Positions 1 through 14,095 are shown, numbered from the stretch's first letter. The stretch: DNA of 64,000 bases from Camelus dromedarius (GCF_036321535.1 NC_087437.1:35962001-36026000); one strand, 5' to 3'. The notes: a model not told the origin generated them from the letters alone. A program made the numbers and translations.

Positions 1-1974
1 ACATCTGTTATTAAATAAGCTTTACTATTTATAATTTTTGTTTTTTCCTTGGTCTTTATAATGATACATTTAGTTTTAAGAAAGAATATTTAATTAGAAT
101 ATGAATGTTATACTATCTACATCTTTGATTAGTTTCTGAGAGAAAGAGTATAAAGATTTTTTATGTGGGGAGAAATGGGCTTGTATGTAACTATTTATGT
201 TTAGCTAGTCACCCTTCCTGTTCCCCAAATGTCTTGCCTGGAATTACTGGCCTTTTTCACCTTCTTTACGCCTATGTGTGTCAATTCTATGCAGCTCAGA
301 TTGCACAAACAGGCTCCTGTTTGGTGGTGTCTGCCCACACTGTCTTTCTGGTTCTTAGTTTGCTTTTCTTACTGGTTATCTGATTTTATTTGTAATAATT
401 TTGACCTACTTCTGTGACCTGCTTTGTCAGTATCAAGTCTTTCTTTTTGAATGCCCATTGTTTATCTCCTCTTAAACTCATCTGCTCACCTATGCTCTTA
501 TTTACCATTGCTCATTTAAGTCTTTTCTCCCAGCACTACCTTAACAGTTTCCAAGTCTGTTCTGTGTCTGTATCACTCTTCCGCTTTAAATTCTGGGATC
601 ATCAGATTTTGTAGCCTAGAGTTTTAAGTCTGAAAGTACTCGGGATGGCAGAATTATATCTTCAGGAATTAATCTGTGAGTTTAGTGAATATTTCCCATT
701 CTCATTATTCTTTCACTGAGAACCCAAGGGAACTTTTATCCATCCCGTGCTCACACTGAAATAGAAATGTATACACTAAAGTTTTCTAGCCTAAGTAGAC
801 GACAGAAAGATTTGAAACATGCTTGCCTGAAATAGATAAGGTGGAGGGTTGAACTGGATTGGAAAGAAAGGAGTGGAGGAAAAGGGGGAAATCTTGACGA
901 CAGGGAGCAGAGTAGAAGGATACAGCATCAAACTCTCCTGAGTGCTGTCTGCCTGGACAAGCTTAGTCCTCTCAGAACAAGATTTGGTAAATTTTTCAGC
1001 CTTAGAATGACAACATAAAGGAAAACCTTACTTTATGACTGAGGTAGAAATTCTCAGTTAGGAATTATCCTTTAGGTTAGGCAGTGGTGGACATAACCCC
1101 CATGTTATAATAAGATGCATTTCTATTTTTTATAAATAAAATGGTAATAAAATCTTAGCTTCTAAGAAAGAGAAGGAAATAACATATTTTCAAAACAAAA
1201 CCAGCTTCCCCTCACTGACTTTCACTTCCATGTTTTCTTATGAGTTGAATGAAGATCATTCCAGTAAGTATTTCTGTTTGAGGAATACTGTTACCTGTCT
1301 TTGATATTTTAATGTCAGCCAAAGAAATTTTTATTACTAGTTTTCAGATATTTTGTTTGAAGGGACCTGAAAGTAATAAATATAACTTAAATGACTGCAG
1401 TATCAACTTTGTTATAGACTTTTAAATTTATACTTACACAAAATAAAACTGGAAACGGTGAAAAATTATTTTATATTCAAAAACTGATACTCTTATTTAA
1501 TAATATAAAATGTTTTAGGAAAATAAAATTTAAGTCCTTGTATTGCCTATTTTGGCTTAATAAAAGAAAATTAATACTCATATGCATGTAATGATGGAAT
1601 TACATTAGTCATTTAAAAATAAAATCTTCATTTTAAGAAGTGCAAAATGAATGCAAATATTAATTATAGCCTACTTTAACTTTTAAGTACAATTACCAAC
1701 CTTTATAAATGAACCAGTGTAGGAAATCAGCCAGCAAATGTCTTTTCATTTTTCTGGTTATCAATACTTTCTGCATCATTACTGTGAAAATAATAGTGAT
1801 TTCAAAGGACATTCATTATTCTTATATTAAAAATTCAGATAACATTCACAAGTGTTACAGAATTATGATTTAAATAGAAATGACAGAATTCAGGTTGAAG
1901 CTAAATTTGAATGGTAAAGAAGAGTATTGAAGTATCTATAAAATATGTTTCTTAGGTTACTTAGTGTGACAAGG

Positions 1975-2040
1975 AAAAAGAAGAAAGAAAGGGAAGGAAG
2001 GATGGAAGGAAAGAGAGAGGGAGGGAGGAAGGGAAGAGAC
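1975..2040 (+). repeat. GA-rich (GGAA/GAAA) low-complexity tract
   Basis: gaaaaagaagaaagaaagggaaggaaggatggaaggaaagagagagggagggaggaagggaagag seen directly. Confidence 0.85.
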
Positions 2041-2989
2041 AAATTGAGAAGAGGCTCCGTGTTTGAGAGCAGGGAGTGGAATACTTTATTTTAGAATTAT
2101 TTGAAGGTTTATGGAGTTTTCCAGGTAAAAGTGTACAACTGAATCTCTGAAATGCGAGATTAAAATTTGAGAAATTAAATTGACTTTAGTGATAAATGTG
2201 TGATCTAATAAATGTAATATGAGCAGACAAAAGGAAGAGCATGTGGAAGAGAATATAAGGACACCAAAAATAGTGTTTAGCTGGTAGGAGAAAGACATGC
2301 ACAAAAGTATAGCAAAAAAGTAAAGCTATTGAGTACTACGATTTCTAGGAGCTGAAAGAGGAGGGACTTTTCAAGAAGAAAGAGTGTGTGTTCAAACTAT
2401 GAAAGACTTTGAAAAATGAGGACAAGTAATTTGGCTTCATATTTTGGAGGAAATGGAACATATGAAAGGCACATAAATCACATCTGAGAGTGAAATAAAT
2501 AGTTATAAAACCCTACATTATAAAATAATAAATACCTCAAATCAATACCCTAATCTTTCACTTCCAAAACCTATTGGGGGAGGGGGAAGAACACCTGTGG
2601 TTTTGCCTAATTGGTTTCCTATTCCTTTTTGGGGGCAATATCTCTCAATTGTGAAAATAACCAATAAATCTTTATTTTTAGTAAAGCTAATCAAGTTTTC
2701 CTATGTTCACTGGCCAAGAGTGGGCATGTAACCATGTGATATTACCCAGATGCTTTAATTTGGAATTTAAAATATTAAAATATCTAAATTATCCAATATA
2801 ATTTAATACCAATGGAGGCACTCTAGGGGACTAATCTCTGGTTCCTTGTACCTACTGCCCTGGAACTCTTTTGTATCTCATCAATCCTGAATCATACAAT
2901 TCCAAATTTCCTTTCAGAATTGAGCTGTGCCATATCTTTCAAACAACTGAATGTGGTAAAAAAGAATATCAAGCATCTGTGTTGTTGCC

Positions 2990-4400
2990 ACTTGGAATTA
3001 ATCACTTTCAATGATTTTGCAAATTTGTATCTAGTTATATTTTTGTTTTTTCTTGTTTCATTTTTATGAAATTAACTTGATGAGAACGTAAATATTCCAT
3101 GTATCTTCCAAAGAATGTATAATTGGCACTTAAGAGTCAAATCCAATTTTTGCTTGTTTTGTCTAAACTATATTCTTGCAGAGTTTTTTAAGACTTCTTC
3201 AATCAGTTTTATCAGTTTTCAAGAAAGCTTTATTCATATTTCTTAGAAGATGGTAGATTTTTTTAATTTCTCCTTTACATCAGCCAAGTTTTAATATTTT
3301 ACTTCTTGATGTTAAATACACACAAAATTAGAATTTATAATTACATATTGAATTTGATATTTTTATGAATATTTTATTTTACTTTTATCTCAAAAATCTA
3401 CACATTCTGATATAAACATAACTACAACAGATTTATTTGGTTACTGTTTACATGGTATGTATTTTACCATCATTTTATTTCAGCCTTTCTGTATCCTTAT
3501 GGTTAAGATGTGTCTCTTTAGTAAGCAACACTGAAAAAAATCTGGTCTTACTATTTGTCATATTATCGTTGTCTATAATTTAAATATAAAAGTTGAGTCT
3601 TAGATTTATATTTGTCCCATCTGTCTCTATGTTCCATTTTTGCTTCTTTAAAAATTTTTTCCTAAATATTTTCTGTGTATTAACTTGTTAGTTATACATC
3701 CTATACCATTATTTTGGTGAACAGTTTAGAAATAAAACAAACATACATTCTTAACTTTTTGAGCTTAATGTCAATAATCACATTCATCATGCCCCAAAGC
3801 AAGAACCTAGCATTCTGTATCTTTGTTTGCCCCCCAACTTTCATGCAATTTTATTGTACACTTATTGTGCATTTTAATACAACACATACTTTAAATCCCA
3901 TGAGATTATATATATCTAAATATCTATATATCTATATCTATCATATATCTGTCTATCTATATCTATCTGTCTATCTATATAAACTGTGGTTTCCTGGTTC
4001 TCTTGTTTATTTCCTTCTGAATGTACTTAATGTGTACTTTGCCATCTGCTGTCATGTTCCCTATGCCTAAAGAACTCTCTACAGAATTATTCTTACTATT
4101 TTGTCTACCAATGTTCTTCAACGGTGGAGTTTCCCAACTTAATTTTTCTAAATTTTTATATTTTCCTTTTTTATATTTTCCTTTATTTATGGGTTTAGGA
4201 TTTTAGGCAAGACTGATTTTTTTTCTGCAGTATTTTAGAGAAATCTTTAGTTCTTAAATTGTCCTTTGTAATATTGGCTTTCGTTTTTATTCATTTGAGA
4301 GTACTGTACCCTGCCTTACCTGTTGCTCCTTTTAGTATTTCTTCTAGGACTTGCTACAAATGTAATCCTTCTTCTTTGATTGTGTGCTGTTTATATATGA
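2990..4400 (-). mobile_element. Old, highly diverged L1 (L1ME-like) fragment interrupted by a microsatellite
   Basis: T-rich + strand with L1 antisense motifs, e.g. 'gatttatttggttactgtttacatggtatgtattttaccatcattttatttcagcctttctgtatcc' (ORF2 5' region read antisense). Confidence 0.55.
3908..3980 (+). repeat. (TA)n/(TATC)n microsatellite
   Basis: tatatatctaaatatctatatatctatatctatcatatatctgtctatctatatctatctgtctatctatat. Confidence 0.85.
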
Positions 4401-4638
4401 TTAAATGAGGCTTTTTTTAAACTGACGCTCTAGATATGGCTTTGGCTGCAAAATTAATTTGGTTAATTACAAAAGATAAAAACAAGACAGACTCTTAATA
4501 AACCCATACAGATAACCATGTATCCATGTAAAGAAGCTTAGTAAAATTATTTTTATATGATTTAAATATTCTTTGATTCAATAAGAATCAGGCCCCATTC
4601 AAAAATATTCGCATCAGTTTACACAGCATAGTATACCA

Positions 4639-5042
4639 CAGTTGTTCTCTAGCTTTTTGGTGTTAATACAACTTTACAATCTTTAATACTTTTTAAAATT
4701 CCAAAGAACTTTTGTTTATATAGGCTATATTTATCAACATTTACTATATAAATATTAAAATAACCATTATAAACACAATACATAAAATCATAAATAATTT
4801 TTAATGAAAATAAAGGTTATCCCAAACAAAAATAATTAGTAAGAAGACTGGCATATACATTTTTTTTTTTTTTGCAAATTTCTTTAAGGTCCACCTTAGT
4901 AGAAAACAGCTGGATTATCCTATCTACTTCTGCACTGGAGCTGTTGCAATAATCACAAGCTATACAACTTTTGGAAAACTCACCTGTACACTCAAGAGAG
5001 AATAAATATAAAAAACGTAAGTAACATCTTAGTATTATTTTG
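4639..5042 (+). mobile_element. hAT-Charlie non-autonomous DNA transposon (Charlie4a-like), truncated at its 3' end
   Basis: Begins cagttgttctctagctttttgg (a Charlie-type terminus). Internal 'ccaaagaacttttgtttatataggctatatttatcaacatttacta' and 'aacatcttagtattatt' match my recalled consensus. The second TIR is missing. Confidence 0.6.
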
Positions 5043-5237
5043 TAATAATTATTACAAAATTAGTAATAATTATTTTAAAATAATTATTAATTATTTTAAA
5101 TACCAATACCCATCTATTTTCTGATTGGTAGACAAGAAACTCCTTTCTTTTTCTTCATAAGTTTCCTAATCATCAGTGATCTTAGAGACACTTTTAGGGA
5201 GTCTGTTAAGTAGACAGCACTTGCAAAATAATACTAA

Positions 5238-5610
5238 GATGTTCATTCTAAGTGAAGTAAGCCAGAAAGAGAAAAAAAATACCATATGAGATCACTCATA
5301 TGTGGAATCTAAAAAACAAAGCATAAATACGGAACAGAAATAGATTCATAGACATAGAATACAAACTTGTGGTTGCCAAGGGGGTGGAGGGTGGGAAGGG
5401 ATAGATGGGTTTTTAAAAATGCAGACTAGATAAACAAGATTATACTATATAGTACAGGGAAATACACACAAGATCTTATGGCAGCTCACAGAGAAAAAAA
5501 ATGTGACAATGAATATATATATGTTCATGTATAACTGAAAAATTGTGCTCTACATGAATTTGACACAACATTGTAAAATGATTATAAATCAATAAAAATA
5601 TTTAAAAAAA
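5238..5610 (+). mobile_element. 5'-truncated young camelid-type L1 (ORF2 end, 3'UTR, A-tail)
   Basis: 'ctaagtgaagtaagccagaaagag...atatgtggaatctaa' is the ORF2 terminus, followed by a G-rich tract, aataaa and an A-tail. Closely similar to the reverse complement of 58896-59280. Flanked by aatactaa. Confidence 0.9.
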
Positions 5611-5620
5611 TACTAACAGA

Positions 5621-5787
5621 ATTTTTTTTAATTGAAGTATAGTCAATTTACCATTTTGTATTAATTTCGAGTGTATAGCATAGTGATTCTGTTATCTATT
5701 CCTTTTCATATTCTTTTTCATTACAGGCTATTACAAAGTATTGAATAGAGTTCCCTGTGCTATACAGTAGGACCTTGTTGTATATCT
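5621..5787 (-). mobile_element. Short L1 3' end (different subfamily) in antisense
   Basis: T-tract, then 'attgaagtatagtcaatttac...gttccctgtgctatacagtaggaccttgttg'. Direct repeat aatactaaca at 5609-5618 and 5788-5797. Confidence 0.85.
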
Positions 5788-8700
5788 AATACTAACAACA
5801 TTTTTAACTAATAACAGCTATAAAAGAGATTTGGTCACTTGACTAAGATAGGATCATGAATAATACTTGACTTAACATGAGTTTATTTTAACCAAAGTAA
5901 CTTCCTTGCATTTCACAAAGAAAATGTGTAGATAAGTCCAAATTTTTAAAATTAAAGTTTGATCTTAGAAGTTTTCAAGCAAACATACTACAAAGCATAA
6001 TTACTATTATAAAAACATTTTGCAGAATGATTCAATTTAATTGAACATTTAATTTTACATTTTCACAGTCCTAAATCTTATAAATTTTGTGTACATACTT
6101 CATACTAATAAGCACAAAAAGTATTTTTTAAAACCAAAATTATTAAAATGGTCTGTCATCAGGAGACTCATTTGAACTTGGATTTTCATATAAGCAGATG
6201 CTTGAGGTAAAAATTTCTGAGAAAATAATCTTTGTATCTCTTAAATTCTAGTACACTAAAATATTAACAGATAAGTTTATTTTCTATTATCTTTTGAAAT
6301 ATTAGACGTATAATCACCTCTCTTCTCTATAAAACAATTAATACAAAACTTCTTGAATTTGAGTATTATAATCAAATGTATCAATACCTTCTTAGATTAG
6401 GAAAATATTTCAACTCACAAAATGAAAGATAAAGGCCCTTATTAATTCAGACATAGAGACACAGAACTTAAGTTTTCTAATCTCCATAACAGGTCAAAAT
6501 AAACAGAAAAACCTAACTCCCTGGTCCAGATTTCAAAGACCTGATTTCCATTCCAGAGGGCATAGGATATGTTCTTAAATTATTCTCCCAAAGAGAAAAA
6601 CAAATTTAAAAGGACCGTTAAGCAGGATTCCCTATCAGCTCTCACCCAACAGAGAACACATCTCCATCATCCACTCAACACAGACCACTAAGTAATCAAA
6701 TCATAAAACCTGATTCCTAATTTGTGCTGCCACCAGCTGGGAATAATTTCTTAGCCCTGAACAAATAAATGAGAACCACAACCAGACTTGGTCTAGAACT
6801 GGAAACAAAGTAAAGAAAACAAAAACCAAAAAACACAAAATCAGGGAAAATAACAGAAACAGAGAGTCAATGACTTAAAATTCTAATGCTTCTTGGGAAT
6901 TACTCTAGGAGCCAAGACAAGATGTGCTGTCAGTTGCTGTTCTCAGATAACTCCGTGTAATCGTCTCTGGCAGGTGAGTCTACTTTGCACAACTTGCAGA
7001 ACTGTTGAAGTGTAATTTTCTAAAGTTAAAAGCAAGACTACAAGACAAGTATAGGATAAACATGTTTCGATGATGTTATTCATCTCATTCATCAATAAGG
7101 GAACTAGTAAAATGGTAAAACTGGTTCAAAGGATAATTCAAGGAACAGAGATTTATGTCTTCAAAGGATTCCTGAAAAGAATTTGATAATAGGAATAAAA
7201 CTGTTAAATGTCTTATAAGCCTTAAAAGTGAAACCGTGAAACCTTTAGGCTTATCTTTTATACCCGACAGAAACCTGTAAGTCAACATTTAACTTCACAG
7301 TTTCAGAGATCTAATAAAATAATAAATAGGAAAGTAAAACACATGTGCATTCTCCAAGATAATTAAATAATTCTAGACTGAGCCTCTTAAACAATGACAT
7401 TGAAAGGACATGCAGCATCCTCCTGCTTTATTTCCAAGTTGTGGATCTTTTTTACTTAAGTAATGGTAAAAAGAATCTTGCCACACATAAAGCCTTAAGC
7501 AAGGTTACTCAAACCTAGAAAGCAATTCATTTTAACTTTCACAATTCGCATGATACTGTGACTTTCACAAGGGAACTATTTCATCAGCTACTAACAACCA
7601 CACAAGATAAGTGAAAATAGTGTACTTAGTGACAGCCTGTACTTTTAATTAAAAAATATGAATTATTAGTAAGTAATAAGTATTAAAACACAAAACTAAT
7701 TTTGCACAATAACATGCATTCTCAAGCCATTTCCCTGACTCAATAAGATGGCATGAAAAAAGCAGGGCAGACTTTACACTCACTTTACTGATTATATTCC
7801 AATTTTGAGCCAAAGTATAAGAAAGATACCTGCTTATTGTGTTGTTTTGAAGACCTAGATTAAACCCAGAGCTGTAAAAATAAATATCTTATATATTGCC
7901 ACAAAATGTCATCACATTCATCTATGCATCTATATGTTAAAGAAATTTAATGTTATAATCATCGGTTGAATTTCAGAAGAGATACCACTGTTAGATCACA
8001 TTTAAATAGAACCTAGTTTCCTAAATTGAGAAAAAAAATCCCGAGCAGGTTAAAAATAGCTTTCTATGCTCAACACATATTTTTCCCCTTGCATAGATGG
8101 CATTTTAAACACCTGCTGTTGTAAATGATCTTATTATCATTAACAGCCAAACCTAGGAATGGCAGAGCTCTTACTGCCCTCCGTGTTCAAATAGTCCACC
8201 TGTTTTTAATTAGTTAAAGCATCAGTATCTACCTATAGCAAGCCATTTTGGGTTATAATGGCAGCTGCTATAAGGGCAGAACTTTCATTTAACCCAATCA
8301 CATTTTTCATTTTCCAGTCCTATCTAGTACACATATAGTCTGTTACCTGCTAGGCAATAACAAAATAGGAGTTTCCAGGGAGATGCCATATGGTTGTAGG
8401 ATAACTTATATTTTATATATTTTAGATACTTTAGGGTATAGGAAGAATAGGAACTTAAAATCAAACGGTTCACTTGTGAGACAGTTATTTATATTTATTT
8501 CATTGATTTTTGTTTTATGGGATTTCAAGCTCTAAACAAAGACTCCAAGGCAAAAGAATTTTGGAGAGATAACTAGTGTATTTCAAACAACGTTTTTCAA
8601 GCGGCTCCATGTTTTGGAGAGATACTGGCTTAACAAATACAAAATTCCGTGAGTAATTAAAAGGAAACAAATTTTAAAAAACAAATAGAAGTCTCCACTA

Positions 8701-8929
8701 GAGGATCTATGTTTTGGACATACAGGGTATTTTGGATACACTGTTCTCCAAGACCACGATGGAAAGACAAAGACCAAGACAGAGAGTGCGCTAGGAACAC
8801 ACCTGAAGTCAATCAAGATTTTACTTTGCTGCGGGAAGGGAGAGCCCACTTCCGGGCAACCATGAAAGACTTAATAAAGGGAGTTGGCTGTGTGCTGGAT
8901 GGTTCATAAAGGGGGATTAGGAGAGTGGG

Positions 8930-9300
8930 GACCAGTGCTAGAGTGATATGACTTGTGTTAGAAATGATTTTCAGAGGTGCTGACCCACAAATAATGTTTA
9001 AAGCTGTAGAATTGGTTGAGATTACTTTGACGGAGAATGAAGTTAGATAAAGAGGAGAGTTCTGAAGACAAAGTCCTGGAGCACTTCGTAATGAGAAAAA
9101 AAGCAGCCGGTAAGGTAAGAGGAAAACCAAGAGACTGATGTCCTGAAGACAGTGGTAAAAAGTGTTTATAAAGGATTAATATTGTCGTTGTTATTAGGGA
9201 ATTTTGATGGAGGCTGACTTTAGAGCCCTAGCAAGGTATACTAGAGTAAGAATGGGTTAGCTGGGAATTTGGCTACAGGAAAAAAACGGCTTGACTACAT
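8930..9300 (-). mobile_element. L2 fragment
   Basis: 'gtttaaagctgtagaattggttgagattac...gtaagaggaaaaccaagagactgatgtcctgaagac' resembles antisense L2. Confidence 0.55.
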
Positions 9301-9561
9301 TTTTTGTTGCTGCTGCTGGTTTTTAAGGAATGATAGACACTTTCCTACCAGGTTTAATAATTTTAATTTTTTCCTCATTCAGTCATGTAACAGTTACTAC
9401 CATGAGATTTCTGCTGTTATTCAACCCGTATGACAAACAGCTAAGTAAGTTTTAGTTACTTATCCGAAGTTATGTGATTCCTAAGTGAATTGCAGGATTC
9501 AAACTGTGGTTTCTGTGTCATTTTGTGGCGTTTATCACTAAACTTAACTGAGACTGCAGAA

Positions 9562-10098
9562 CAGTGGTTTCTCATCTCTGGCAGCATGTTAGAACTATGT
9601 GTAGAAAGTTTTAAATTAGGGCACAGGTCTCACTACTAGGATTTCTGGGCCAATTCCATGAATTCATTGCTTTCTGCATCAGTTTTGTCAATTCATTGCT
9701 TTTATTAGATAAACTCTGGAATACATCCTCTGTGCAAACCACTGGTCTAGTTATTTCTACAAAAATGTTAGTTGGACTAGCTGCTTTTCTAGAGTTCAAT
9801 CCAAGAAGGCCACTCTAGAATTTCTGAATCAGAATTTCATAGAATGGAGTTCATGAATCTTGAAGTTTAACTAGCTTCCTACATAAATTTTAATCAAACA
9901 AAAGATTGAAAGCCAACAGGGTAGCAAACCAATTCCCAAAATGGCTATTGCTGAACAAGGTCTGAGAAGATCTTTAAAAATTTTGATGCCCAGAGCGTAT
10001 CAACTTAATTGATTGTCTAGGGATGGAAGGCAGGTGTTAGTAGGTTCTAAAGCTTCTCAGGTGATTCCAATGTGCATCAAAGATTGGGAACTATTGGC
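9562..10098. mobile_element. Cluster of MER5-type hAT MITE fragments
   Basis: 'cagtggtttctcatctctggcagcatgttagaac', 'tgaatcagaatt' and 'caggtgattccaatgtgcatcaaagattgggaactattg' are MER5A-like motifs. Confidence 0.6.
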
Positions 10099-12817
10099 AT
10101 AATAGCTCAAGCTAAACAGAAGTGATACAGATTATAGAAATTGATAAAGATGAAACTGTTACATTTGAAACATGAAACTGACTTCTTTGACCTATATAAT
10201 TATAATTTCATACAGTTTAACTTAAAAGACAATAGTGTCCGTGAATATTCTGCAGAACCATTGCTTTTATTTTTCACTAAATATTTTATAGAAACCACAC
10301 CTTACTTCTGAGGAATATAAACAAATAGTTTTACAGATGGAAAAACAACTCTTAAATCAGAATCCACTGTGTTTAGTGTTATTTTAGCATGTTTTTGGAA
10401 GTCTTTAAAGTTTTGTAGAATAATTTAATGTCATTATACCACCTTTTTCATATGCAGATGAAGACATTGCTCTATTATATAAGTTTATCATTTTTTTTTT
10501 TTTCAGAGCTTAAATTTGTTGGTTGAACCTAAAAGCAGCTGATCTGGTTAGTTAGGACATTTTGAACAGTTTGTCCTATGATTTAAAAATATACATTCCA
10601 AGGTTGAATTCATGGCAGATAAACTAACTGAGCTCAGAAAAACTGAAAATGATGAGAATTGGTTTAGCTCAATGTTACATAAATCTGCCCCTCAGCCTCC
10701 TCTTACTAACAAATCCAGAGTTTAACTCCTCCTACAAACCTGTTCTGAATTGGTTAGCATAATGAAGATGCTTTCACCTAAAGAAGCAATATTCCCTCTG
10801 CCCTAGAAGCCCCTTGGCTCTTTGACAGGCTAGACAAGGTCCATTTTTTTCCTGGCTGTGAAGCAAATAGGGTTGTTTTTGTTGTATGAAACAAAGACAC
10901 TGGTGGAGCAGGGGTGAAACAGTCTAAATTTGAAACATCTTAGGTCCATTAAGCATAAATTAGGTTTATGTATTTTTTAATTTTAAAATTATTTCCAAAA
11001 TTAACTATAATATGGAACTAATAAATACAAATACATTAACAGAATAAATGTAAAATGATTTAATTTGACTATATGCCTCAAAAGGTTTTATGAAAAACTA
11101 CCTACATATTTTATATAAAATCTCTATTGACATTAATGGCTCAGTATAAATTTTCATAAATATTCATACATTTTTAGACACCCTACTTAGGCACAAATTA
11201 TATCTTTAATTTTTTTCATATAAATTGTGAGATGCAGAAATACAAGCAAACAAAAAAAGAGTGGAGACTCCAACTATTTAATGATTAAAGTACATATTTT
11301 GTATTTTCTTTATCTCTCCTTAAATAGTTTTGAGTTTTTTTAATCTAAGCCAGGCTCCTATTTTTGTTCATTACTTTATTTCAATAGCTTTGGTGTCCTA
11401 TTTAATCAAAATTCAATCTTTATTACCTCCTTTTGCACTTGAATATGGTATTTTTTATTTATATGGAAAAACTTTCAACAGTTACTTCAGGTGTGATGTA
11501 TACATAGAAGCGTTGCCTCATTTAGTCCAATATATTTTCCTTTAAAGAGATTTGAGATGTTCTTTGGTTAGTGTCATAATATATGAAATGTAATACTTTT
11601 AAGTGTTAATATCAGGCATCTTTCTAAACATTTTTTATATATTTAATCATTTAACTATCTTGTAATGGGATGAATATTAGCTCTAGTAAGACTACAGTTA
11701 AGGCTGAGAGTCAAATCTGTATACTTAGTCTAGGTGTATTGGGTAAGTTGCAAAACCCAGCTTTGAACACATGTTCACTTGAATGGTTATGCTTTCCCAC
11801 CCTGACAGAAAAGAGAACATTTTATGAAATGAGTATTGGGAGATTCCAGAGATAAATGGAAAGTTAAAAGATGTATAACTTGAGGTAAAGAGTCAGCTAA
11901 AATAATGGAACAATTTTTTTTAATTAAAAAAAAGGCTGAGAAAGATCCAAATGTTAAATCCAAATCTTTTAGTGACATTAAGTAACTACTATGTGCATGT
12001 GTAGCAATTCAGTATAAAGTGTTAAATTTGATATATATAGTGGCTGGTGTGATAGCCAATTAGAAAAGAAGCTTAAATCATAATTTTAGGTGAATTGGGT
12101 CAATAGAGGAGACAATCTTGGATTTGGAGCTCATTTTTGATAATCTGATATGGGCATTAAAGGATGAGAGAGAAAATGCTACCTTTATTTGGATTATAGA
12201 CCTAGTTTACTTTTGTTTTGCCAAGATCTTAAAAATGTAGCATCTGGATAAAATAAAACTAGCTGTGAGGCTTCATCTGGCTAAAAGGAGAAGCATTTGG
12301 AAGAGTTGGCAAATGCTGTCCTATTCCTTCATTGGCAACAACATGCCTTTTCTGTATCATTGAACTTGAGGATGTCAAATAATTTTGAATCCCTCTTGGT
12401 TCCTGGGATCAGATGTTACAGTATCATACACTTGCATAGGCCAAGTAAAGCACTTTGATGATCAGAAAACACCTTTCTTAGATGATACAAGTCACATCAA
12501 AAGAAATCACTCCATCAGTGCTCAGGAAGATGGTTTGTGTCCATGTTATAAGGGAATAGCTATGACTTTCAGCTAAGGTCACTTTTATTCTAACCAACTT
12601 AATACTATGAATATTGGGAGAAAAAAGGTCTCACACAGATTGTGAGCAGATTTAATAGAAGGCCATTTATGAGATTTAAAATAAAGTCAATATATGAGAA
12701 CCAAATAGTTCTGTTTGTGGTACTTCTCCCCCTTACACTAATGCATAACTTCTCCATATGGATAAAGACTGAAATAGATGTCACTGCATCTAATAATATG
12801 TGGAAACACGACTTGTA

Positions 12818-13950
12818 CATTCTTTCATTCATTTGCTTATTCATTCATTCAGCAAGTCAAGTACTATGCTAGTGGCTAGAAATAAATACTTAAACAAGAC
12901 CTGTATCATCCATGACTTAATCCAATTTGCATTTAAGAAAGGGAAAACTGATTACATGTACGTAAAATGTAATTCCTGATTAGTAAGTACTATGAAGAAA
13001 TGAACAAAAAAGTTACTTTGTGGAAGACGATCATCACAGGCCCCTGCAACATGACATTTGAGTTGAGATCTATATGCAGTTAAAGCAACTTATGCAGGTA
13101 TTGAGGCAATAAGGTGAGAGTCTGTGAAGTAAGAAAGGGCTTCACATTTTTTATAAAGAATTGACAGGAAGTTAGTGAAAGTATAACATGATGGAGCGGA
13201 AGATAAGGGCTGCGTTCTCAAATGAAATTGGAAAGGTCAGAGACCACCATGATGTGTGGTGTAGATCTGGTCAAGGCATTCGCGTTTCATTCTGAGAGCA
13301 ATGAGGAGCCACTGAAGTTTTTAAAGAGAAAAGTAAAATTAGTTGATTTGTGTTATTAAAATGCTACCATGGCTGCTCTGTGGAGAATTAACTCTGGATC
13401 TTGAGTGGGCTAGGCAAACATGTTAGGAAGCTATTTCCGTAGTCTCAGTGAGCTATGGTGGCAGTGGTATTAAAGATAGAAGAGGATGGATTTGACATAT
13501 TTGGAGAAAGTTGGAGGAACCGGAAAACTATGTACTAAATGAGGAAGAGGGGGTTAGCAAAAGGAATAAAGAAATCCCTTAAATCTTGATTTCCAGAACT
13601 GGGAAATGACTCGTGCAATGTTCAGCACTTTACCCAGGAGGGGAAGGCTAGATATTTAAGGAAGGGGAGCAGAGGAAAAGATCCAGTGGTGCTGTGGTTT
13701 TGAGGTTATTCCAAGGTGTTCAGGATGAGTCAGCTTGAGAGCTCAGAACTGAGCTCAAAGGCAGCACAGAATAGAGAGAATCATACGATTATTACTGGAA
13801 AGTAGTGGCCAGAGTAATAGAGGACAGAGAAGTATTGTGCCAGAAAATTCAAGAGAGAAGAATGTTTTACGATGGATAGCGTGGTTGACTGTGTCAAATG
13901 CTGTACAAGTCCGAGATGAAAGACGAAATCCTGTGCTCAATAAGTAGAAT
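12818..13950 (-). mobile_element. L2 (3' end plus internal region)
   Basis: Starts with the (cattc)n tail typical of an antisense L2 3' end. Also contains 'ttcattctgagagcaatgaggagccactgaag' and 'ggttgactgtgtcaaatgctg'. Confidence 0.75.
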
Positions 13951-14095
13951 TTGTCAATGTTATTTAAAAGAAAAAGCCTTATTTCACTGTATTTCCTGAA
14001 AGGGAAGATTTCTCATGTATTCAATTTTTGTTGAATTCTAAAATATCTCAAAAGATATATCAAAGTTTCTTGCTCAGAAATTCTGGAGAAAAAGT

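Noticed and set aside
5800..6900. Possible ERV1 internal-sequence remnant on the minus strand
   Set aside because: Only compositional resemblance; no LTR, PBS or coding motif identified.
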